The notes under the pieces are model-generated. The model did not search any database and was not told the DNA's origin. It was given only the letters and a program-made list of their open reading frames with translations. 64,000 bases of DNA, from positions 1 through 64,000 of the forward strand of contig CAVQJC010000011.1 of assembly GCA_963712745.1 (NCBI GenBank). The letters run 5' to 3'. The position numbers were made by a program, and so were the translations under genes. Each line of letters begins with the position of its first letter. Position 1 is the stretch's first letter. This document shows, in pieces, positions 57,352 to 64,000 of this stretch. The DNA comes from an uncultured Chloroflexia bacterium. GTDB lineage: Bacteria; Chloroflexota; Limnocylindria; Limnocylindrales; CSP1-4.

Positions 57352-57747
57352 TCAATCGTGGCTGTGTTGGGGCATCCCGTCGGGTACCGACTCCTCCGCC
57401 AGTCGGCGAGCGGAATCCTCGGTGCAGGGGCAGTTCCGGCGCAGGTGCTCGAAGGAGTAGAAGCCGCTACTGTGCCCGTCGGCCCAGGCGGGCTGGAGCG
57501 CGTAGTTGCCGGTGAGCGAGATGTCGGCCAGCTCCAGCTGGTCACCACTCAGGGTGGGGTTGGAGTCGAGCCAGCCCGGCTGCCCGGCCTCTCCCCGGCA
57601 GAAGGCACAGGGGCAGAGCCAGCGCAGTGTGGCCAGCTCGAACACGCTGCGGTGCCCGTCGGCCCAATCGATGGTGAGCTGTCGGCCGGGCCGGTCGGCG
57701 TGGATGTCGGTGGGCTTGATGGCGTCGCCGCGGAACTCGGTGGTCAT
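57352..57747 (-). CDS. DUF971 / GBBH-N-like protein
   Basis: WADGH..LRWLCPCAFC; GNYA..WADGHSSGFY. Confidence 0.88.
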   Translation of the reverse strand: MTTEFRGDAIKPTDIHADRPGRQLTIDWADGHRSVFELATLRWLCPCAFCRGEAGQPGWLDSNPTLSGDQLELADISLTGNYALQPAWADGHSSGFYSFEHLRRNCPCTEDSARRLAEESVPDGMPQHSHD

Positions 57748-57794
57748 GCCTGCGACTGTGCCACACGCGTCCCGCGGGGGTCATCCGCGAACGG

Positions 57795-59570
57795 TCAGGC
57801 GTCATCGGTAGGGCTCCCAGCCTCGGCAGAAGTCGCCCGCGCCTCGGCAGAAGTCGCCCGCGCCTCCTCCTCGTGGAAGCCGCGGATGGCCGCCTTGATG
57901 GTGGGATAGAAATGCGCCGGGTCGATGGTCTCGTAGATGCTGTAGCGCTCCAGCTTGTCCCGGACAGGGTCCTTCAGCTCTGCGAAGGCGAGGTGGATGT
58001 CGTCAGCGTTGAGCTCCTCGTCCAGCTTGACCAGCATGTCCGCGGCCGTGGTATCGATGTCGGTGATGGGCTCGGCCGCCACGATCACCCAGCGGGGAGG
58101 GGGGTCTGTGGCGGTGATGACGCCACGCACCCGGTCGCGGAAGAGGATGGAGTTGGCGAAGAAGAGGGGTGCGTCCCAGCGCAGGATGACCAGCCCTGGT
58201 ACCTGCGCGGCTTCGGGATAGCGCGAGACGTCGTGATAGCCGGGCACATCCTCGGGCTTGCCCAGGATGGCGGAGTACGGCTGCCAGGCCCGGATGAAGA
58301 TCTGGAAGACGGAGACGACCACGGCGATGACGATGCCTTCGAGCACGCCGATGAGCGCCACGCCCAGGAAGCAGACGGCGGCGACCGCGAACTCGCTGCG
58401 GCGTACCTGCCACAGCCGCCCGAGGCCCATGCGGTCGAGCAGCGAGGCGCCGGCCACGATGATGACTGCGGCCAGGACGGGCATGGGCAGCCACTGCACC
58501 AGGCCCGGCACGAAGAGCAGCATGGCCAGCACCAGCACCGCTGCCACCAGGCCCGTCAACTGGGACTTGGCGCCGGCCTGGTCAGCGACCGCGGTGCGCG
58601 AGCTGCTGGTGCTGACGGGGAACCCCCCGAAGAACCCGGCGGCCACGTTGGCCGTGCCGATGGCCACGATCTCCTGGTCGGTATCGACCTCGGTCCCTCG
58701 CTTGGAGGCGAAGCCCGCCGAGACCGAGACCGTGTCGCCCACCGCGACCAGGGTGATGCCGATAGCGCCTCCGACGAGCAGCGGCAGGTCGCTCAGCTCC
58801 ACGCTGGGCAGGGCCGGCATGGGGAAACCCTGCGGGAGGACTCCGACCACATCGACCCCGCGCGCGGCGAGGTCGAGCACGGCCGAGAGGACGAGCGTGA
58901 CCACGACGCCGATGAGGATGCCGGGGAGTGTGGGCAGCCAGCGCTTGAGGCCGAGGATGATGGCCAGGGCGAGGAGGCCGATCCCGAGCGCGTAGGCGTT
59001 GGTCTGGTCGAGGTTGGCCAGGAACTCGCGGATATCGACCAGGACGTTGCCGCCGTCGATGCTGAAGCCGAAGAGCTTGGGCAGCTGCCCGACGATGATG
59101 ACCAGGGCCAGGCCGGCCATGTAGCCCAGCCGGACCGGTTGCGACAGCAGGTCGGAGATGAACCCGAGGCGGGCCAGACCCGCGCCGATGGCGATGGCGC
59201 CCACGAGCAGGGCCAGCATGCCGGCCAGGCCTACGGCTCGCTCCATGGAGCCCGCGGCCAGGGGCAGGATGATGGCTGCGATGATCGGGCCCAGCGACGA
59301 GTCGGGGCCCAGCACCAGGTACGGCGAAGGCCCGAAGGCCGCGTACGCCACGAGGCAGACGACGGTGGTGTAGAGCCCCGTGATGGCCGGCAGCCCGGCC
59401 AGCTCGGCGTAGGCCATGCCCTGGGGCACCAGCAGCGCCGAAAGGACGACCGCTGCCACCAGGTCACGGCGTAGCCACTCCCGCTGATACGTGCGCGCGG
59501 ACAGGAGGCCGGGCACCCACTTCTCGAGGCCGCGCCCCTGCGCCGGCAGGCCTGCCGCGGGCTTCGTCAT
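57795..59570 (-). CDS. SulP-family anion transporter with STAS domain
   Basis: PQGMAYAELAG, GLY, GPDS, SSSRT, PLFFAN, DIDTT. Confidence 0.93.
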   Translation of the reverse strand: MTKPAAGLPAQGRGLEKWVPGLLSARTYQREWLRRDLVAAVVLSALLVPQGMAYAELAGLPAITGLYTTVVCLVAYAAFGPSPYLVLGPDSSLGPIIAAIILPLAAGSMERAVGLAGMLALLVGAIAIGAGLARLGFISDLLSQPVRLGYMAGLALVIIVGQLPKLFGFSIDGGNVLVDIREFLANLDQTNAYALGIGLLALAIILGLKRWLPTLPGILIGVVVTLVLSAVLDLAARGVDVVGVLPQGFPMPALPSVELSDLPLLVGGAIGITLVAVGDTVSVSAGFASKRGTEVDTDQEIVAIGTANVAAGFFGGFPVSTSSSRTAVADQAGAKSQLTGLVAAVLVLAMLLFVPGLVQWLPMPVLAAVIIVAGASLLDRMGLGRLWQVRRSEFAVAAVCFLGVALIGVLEGIVIAVVVSVFQIFIRAWQPYSAILGKPEDVPGYHDVSRYPEAAQVPGLVILRWDAPLFFANSILFRDRVRGVITATDPPPRWVIVAAEPITDIDTTAADMLVKLDEELNADDIHLAFAELKDPVRDKLERYSIYETIDPAHFYPTIKAAIRGFHEEEARATSAEARATSAEAGSPTDDA

Positions 59571-59609
59571 CGGGTCAGGTCGAGCACATCACCTCGAAGG
59601 TGATCGGGG

Positions 59610-60515
59610 CTAGTCCTTGGGCCAGACTGCCGGCACGAAGTCGAAGCCGGAGTAGTCGGGCGGCTGGTAGTCACCGGCCTTCTGTCGCGCCGGCAGCTTC
59701 AGCTTCTTGGGGGTGTGGTCCTCGTAGGGGATGAGGCTGAGCAGGTGGGTGATGGTGTTCAGCCGTGCGTGGCGCTTGATGTTGCCGTCCACGATGTACC
59801 AGGGAGCGTGCTCGCTGTCGGTGTCTGCCAGCATCGCATCGCGGGCGCGTGAATAGTCGACCCACTTGGACCGAGCCTTCAGATCCATCGGCGACAGCTT
59901 CCAGCGCTTGCGCGGGTCATCGATGCGCGCGTGGAAGCGTTCCTCCTGCGTCTCGTCGGCGATGTCCAGCCAGTACTTGACCAGGATGGTCCCCGATCGC
60001 ACCAGGGCCAGCTCGAAGCCGTTGACGGTGGCCATGAACTCGTCGTACTGCGCATCGGTGCAGAAGCCCATGACGCGCTCGACGCCGGCGCGGTTGTACC
60101 AGCTGCGATCGAAGAGCACCATCTCGCCAGCCGAGGGCAGGTGCGGCACGTAGCGCTGGAAGTACCACTGGCTCTTCTCCTTCTCGGTCGGCGCCTGCAG
60201 CGCCACCACGCGTACGACGCGGGGGCTGGTGCGGTAGGTGATGCGCTTGATGACGCCGCCCTTGCCGGCCGAGTCGCGCCCTTCGAAGATGACCGCGACC
60301 TTGAGGCCTTTCTCCTTGATCCATCCCTGGAGCTTGACCAGCTCGATCTCGAGCCGCGCCAGCTCGTTTTCGTAGGCCTTCTTGGACATCTCCTCGGCGT
60401 CGCGGCCGGCCCAGAAAGCGGGCCTGGCGATGCCCGAGCCCGGCTTCCCGCCGGCCTTCGGTCGGCTCGTGGCCGTCACTTCACGCTGCTTGCGCCCCTT
60501 GGTCTTGTTGCCCAC
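59610..60515 (-). CDS. ppk2: Polyphosphate kinase 2
   Basis: FEGRDSAGKGG, QWYFQRY, FDRSWYNR, WKLSPMD; SD GGAGG. Confidence 0.95.
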   Translation of the reverse strand: MGNKTKGRKQREVTATSRPKAGGKPGSGIARPAFWAGRDAEEMSKKAYENELARLEIELVKLQGWIKEKGLKVAVIFEGRDSAGKGGVIKRITYRTSPRVVRVVALQAPTEKEKSQWYFQRYVPHLPSAGEMVLFDRSWYNRAGVERVMGFCTDAQYDEFMATVNGFELALVRSGTILVKYWLDIADETQEERFHARIDDPRKRWKLSPMDLKARSKWVDYSRARDAMLADTDSEHAPWYIVDGNIKRHARLNTITHLLSLIPYEDHTPKKLKLPARQKAGDYQPPDYSGFDFVPAVWPKD

Positions 60516-60702
60516 GGTCGGAGTCCTCCGGGTCTTGGTCTGATCCTGTCTCGAGTGATGGCTTGATGTTCCCACGTCCGCGAAGCCACGCTGTCGTCCG
60601 ATTCGGGTGATAGCCGGGGTTTCACTACACGGCTCTCCGCTGCGGTGGGATGCTCTCGTACGCCATGCGACCATGACCAGGACAGCGACAGGAGGGGAAC
60701 CC

Positions 60703-61075
60703 GTGTCGAAGTTGATGCCCGGCCTTTCCGGAGAACGTGGTCGGAGTCGAAGCGATCGGCAAGGTCGAAGCAGACGACTACCGCACTGTGCCTGACCCGG
60801 CGGTGGCCAAGGCCGTGGAGGCGTACCAGAAGATCGGCTTCCTCTACGTGCTGGGGGACGAGTACGAGAGCTTCACGCCCGGCGCCATGTGGCAGGACAC
60901 CAGAGTCGGCCTGGGTGACCGCCAGCACTGGCAGCGCATCGCCGTCGTCTCCGACCACCAGCGCCTGACCGAGACCCTGCACGCCTTCGCCTGGATGTTT
61001 CCCGGAGAGATCCGGACCTACACCATGGACCAGCTGGACGAGGCCAGGGACTGGCTCAGCCAGCCGCTCGGATAG
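60703..61075 (+). CDS. SpoIIAA-like STAS/SEC14 protein (frameshift near 60727)
   Basis: [39 protein letters not shown]; SD GGAGG. Confidence 0.8.
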
Positions 61076-61199
61076 CACGGCCGCGGGAGAGTGGTGCGGG
61101 CGCGCACCATCCATCGAGGAGTGCCGGCATTCGTGGGCGCGCCCGATCTGTGGCGTTGGCGCTATCGTCGGTGGCTCACAGCAATCAGGAGAGCACTGC

Positions 61200-62165
61200 A
61201 TGAGAGTCGTCGTCGCCCTTGGTGGCAACGCCCTGCTGCGTCGTGGTCAGGCCATGACCGCCGAGAACCAGCGCGCCAACGTCAAGACCGCCTGCACCGA
61301 GCTGGCGCAGGTCGCCCAGGAGCACGAGCTGGTGGTGGCCCACGGCAACGGCCCGCAGGTGGGCCTGCTAGCCCTCCAGGGTGCGGCCTACGCGGAGGTG
61401 CCCACGTACCCGCTCGACGTCCTCGGCGCCGAGACCGAGGGCATGATCGGCTACCTTGTGGAGCAGGAGCTCGGCAACCTGGTGCCCTTCGAGCGACCGC
61501 TGGCCACCCTGCTCACGATGATCGAAGTCTCCGCGGACGACCCCGCGTTCGAGGATCCGAGCAAGCCCATCGGTCCCATCTACGACCAGGAGTCGGCCAG
61601 CGACATGGCCAAGCTGCGCGGCTGGGTCTTCAAGTCCGACGGCGACTACTTCCGTCGCGTGGTGGCCTCGCCCAAGCCCAAGCGCATCATCGAGCTGCGT
61701 CAGATCCGCTGGCTGCTGGAGAAGGGCTCCATCGTCATCTGCGCCGGTGGTGGCGGCATACCGGTGATGTACGTCGACCGGCCTGCGCCGACCCCCTACG
61801 GCCCGGAACAGCAACTGGTCGGGGTCGAGGCGGTCATCGACAAGGACCACGCCTCGGCACTGCTGTCGGCGGGCATCGAGGCTGACTACTTCGTCATGGC
61901 CACTGATGCGGACGCTGCCTACGTGGGCTGGGGCACGCCCGAGCAGAGGGCCATCGCCACCGCCCACCCGGACGCGCTGCTCGAGCTGAGCGATCACTTC
62001 GCGGCCGGCTCGATGCTGCCCAAGGTCCAGGCGGCCTGCGAGTTCGCCGTCAACACCCCCGGCCGAAGGGCCGCCGTCGGCGGCCTCGACGATATCGACG
62101 AGATGCTCTCCGGCAACGCCGGCACCATCGTCTCGACCGAGTTCGACGGCATCACCTACCGTTAG
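61200..62165 (+). CDS. arcC: Carbamate kinase
   Basis: [44 protein letters not shown]. Confidence 0.96.
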   Translation: MRVVVALGGNALLRRGQAMTAENQRANVKTACTELAQVAQEHELVVAHGNGPQVGLLALQGAAYAEVPTYPLDVLGAETEGMIGYLVEQELGNLVPFERPLATLLTMIEVSADDPAFEDPSKPIGPIYDQESASDMAKLRGWVFKSDGDYFRRVVASPKPKRIIELRQIRWLLEKGSIVICAGGGGIPVMYVDRPAPTPYGPEQQLVGVEAVIDKDHASALLSAGIEADYFVMATDADAAYVGWGTPEQRAIATAHPDALLELSDHFAAGSMLPKVQAACEFAVNTPGRRAAVGGLDDIDEMLSGNAGTIVSTEFDGITYR

Positions 62166-62219
62166 CCCACTGACCTCGCGAGCGCCAGTCACCGCGCCCA
62201 TCGACAGGAGAGGATCCCC

Positions 62220-63224
62220 GTGCCCTACAACCTGCGCGATCGCAGCTTCGTCAAGGAGATCGACTTCACGCCCGCCGAGCTGCGTTATCTGCTGAAGCTC
62301 TCGGCCGACCTGAAGGCGGCCAAGTACTCCGGCACGGAGCAGCCTCGCCTGGTGGGCAAGAACATCGGCCTCATCTTCGAGAAGACCTCCACCCGCACGC
62401 GCTGCGCCTTCGAGGTGGCCTCGTTCGACCAGGGCGCACACGTGACGTATCTCGATTCCTCCGGCTCGCAGATGGGGCACAAGGAATCGACCGAGGACAC
62501 CGCCCGCGTGCTCGGCCGCTACTACGACGCCCTGGAGTACCGGGGCAAGAGCCAGGCCACCGTGGAGATCCTGGCGCAGTACGCCAACGTGCCGGTCTAC
62601 AACGGGCTCACCGACGAGTGGCATCCGACGCAGATGCTGGCCGACTTCCTGACCATGGGCGAGCACAGCGGCAAGGAGTACCGCGACCTCTCGTTCGCCT
62701 TCGTCGGCGATCAGCGCTTCAACATGGGCCGCTCGCTGCTGGTCACCGGCGCGCTGCTTGGCAGCGACGTGCGCATGGTCGGCCCGGCCGAGCTGGCGCC
62801 GCCCGAGGACGTGGTGCGCATGGCCCGGGAGATCGCTGCCGGCACAGGCGCCACCATCACCATCACCGATGACGTGGCCGAGGGCGTCAAGGGCGTCGAC
62901 TTCGTCCACACCGACGTGTGGGTCTCGATGGGCGAAGCCAAGGAGGTCTGGAACGAGCGCGTGGCGCTGCTGCGCGACTACCAGGTCAACACGGCCCTGC
63001 TCGAGCGCAGTGGCAATGCCGACGTGAGGTTCATGCACTGCCTGCCGGCCTTCCACGATGCCGGTACGACCGTCGGGGGCGAGGTCATGGAGGCCACCGG
63101 CATGGGCGACGGCCTGGAGGTCAGCCACGAGGTCTTCGAGTCGCCCGCGAGCATCGTCTTCGACCAGGCGGAGAACCGCATGCACACGATCAAGGCGGTG
63201 ATGGTCGCGACGCTCGGCTCGTAG
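62220..63224 (+). CDS. arcB: Ornithine carbamoyltransferase (catabolic context)
   Basis: STRTR, HPTQ, WVSMG, HCLP, AENR. Confidence 0.94.
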   Translation: MPYNLRDRSFVKEIDFTPAELRYLLKLSADLKAAKYSGTEQPRLVGKNIGLIFEKTSTRTRCAFEVASFDQGAHVTYLDSSGSQMGHKESTEDTARVLGRYYDALEYRGKSQATVEILAQYANVPVYNGLTDEWHPTQMLADFLTMGEHSGKEYRDLSFAFVGDQRFNMGRSLLVTGALLGSDVRMVGPAELAPPEDVVRMAREIAAGTGATITITDDVAEGVKGVDFVHTDVWVSMGEAKEVWNERVALLRDYQVNTALLERSGNADVRFMHCLPAFHDAGTTVGGEVMEATGMGDGLEVSHEVFESPASIVFDQAENRMHTIKAVMVATLGS

Positions 63225-63246
63225 CGTCGGCGGCGAGGTCGCGCCC

Positions 63247-64000
63247 ATGTCCGGGTTCGGCGCCTGGTCCGAGGTCGGCCGCCTGCGCAAGGTCATCGTC
63301 CACCGGCCGGGCCTGGAGATGCGCCGGCTGACGCCGTCCAATGCCGCCGAGCTCCTCTTCGACGACGTCATCTGGGCTCGCAAGGCCCGTGCCCATCACG
63401 ATGGCTTCGTGGACCTCATGCGGAACGAGTACGGAGTGACGGTCTACCGCGTCCATGAACTGCTCAAGGACGTGGTCGACGAGCCGGCCGGCCGGGCCTA
63501 TGTACTGGACCGCAAGCTCGTGCCCGACGAGGTCGGCGTCCGCGGCGTATCGGAGCTGCGCGCCTGGATGGATGAGCTGGACTCGACCGAGCTGGTCGGG
63601 CATCTCATCGGCGGCGTGGCCGTGAGCGAGCTGCCCGACGAGTTCCGGCACTGGGTGGAGCAGGCCTACTCGCCGTCGGACTTCGTCTTGGCTCCACTGC
63701 CCAACCAGCTCTTCGCCCGCGACAGCTCGGCCTGGATCTACGGCGGCGTGACCATCAACCCCATGGCCCGCCCCGCCCGCTGGGCCGAGTCGCTGCACCT
63801 GGCCGCCATCTACAAGTTCCATCCGCAGTTCCGCGACGGCGACTTCCGGATCTGGTGGGGCGATCCCGATGACGGTCATCGGGGCAGTGCCACGCTCGAG
63901 GGCGGCGACATCATGCCCGTGGGCAAGGGCGTGGTGCTGGTGGGCATGGGTGAGCGGACCACGTACCAGGCCGTCAGCCAGCTGGCGCTCGCACTCTTCG
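63247..64000 (+). CDS. arcA: Arginine deiminase (runs off the window end)
   Basis: SEVGRLRKVIVHRPG, LLFDD, PLPNQLFARD, LEGGD, GERT. Confidence 0.94.
   Translation, partial: MSGFGAWSEVGRLRKVIVHRPGLEMRRLTPSNAAELLFDDVIWARKARAHHDGFVDLMRNEYGVTVYRVHELLKDVVDEPAGRAYVLDRKLVPDEVGVRGVSELRAWMDELDSTELVGHLIGGVAVSELPDEFRHWVEQAYSPSDFVLAPLPNQLFARDSSAWIYGGVTINPMARPARWAESLHLAAIYKFHPQFRDGDFRIWWGDPDDGHRGSATLEGGDIMPVGKGVVLVGMGERTTYQAVSQLALALF

Overview
High-GC (roughly 70% by eye) bacterial chromosomal window. Gene style and content suggest Chloroflexota or an actinobacterium-like lineage; this is inference, not tested. Left to right: (1) a 5.8 kb integrase-less island between an intact tRNA-Gly(TCC) and a 47-bp copy of its 3' end, carrying a hemerythrin-fused P1B-5 ATPase, an MFS/TetR pair and two gene remnants; (2) a decayed HNH nuclease gene whose stop codon lies inside the tRNA; (3) a hmuTUV-like heme ABC transporter; (4) a small Crp/Fnr neighbourhood; (5) assorted housekeeping and F420/flavin enzymes; (6) an aminotransferase with a NitT/TauT ABC transporter; (7) upp, asparaginase, a J-domain protein and gltX; (8) a ~20 kb phosphate/polyphosphate supercluster (response regulator, DUF47-pit, sensor kinase, sixA, arsC, pstSCAB-phoU, ppk1, CYTH-CHAD, ppk2), interrupted by vapBC and an orphan MORC-like GHKL ATPase; (9) the start of an arginine deiminase operon. 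Best leads: a KPA-repeat, AlgP/PhaF-like basic protein with PHO-box-like repeats inside the polyP cluster; the HNH-tRNA overlap; and the atypical GHKL ATPase next to a probable methyltransferase remnant. About a dozen single-base frameshifts are probably assembly errors. All family calls come from motif recognition, with no database search.
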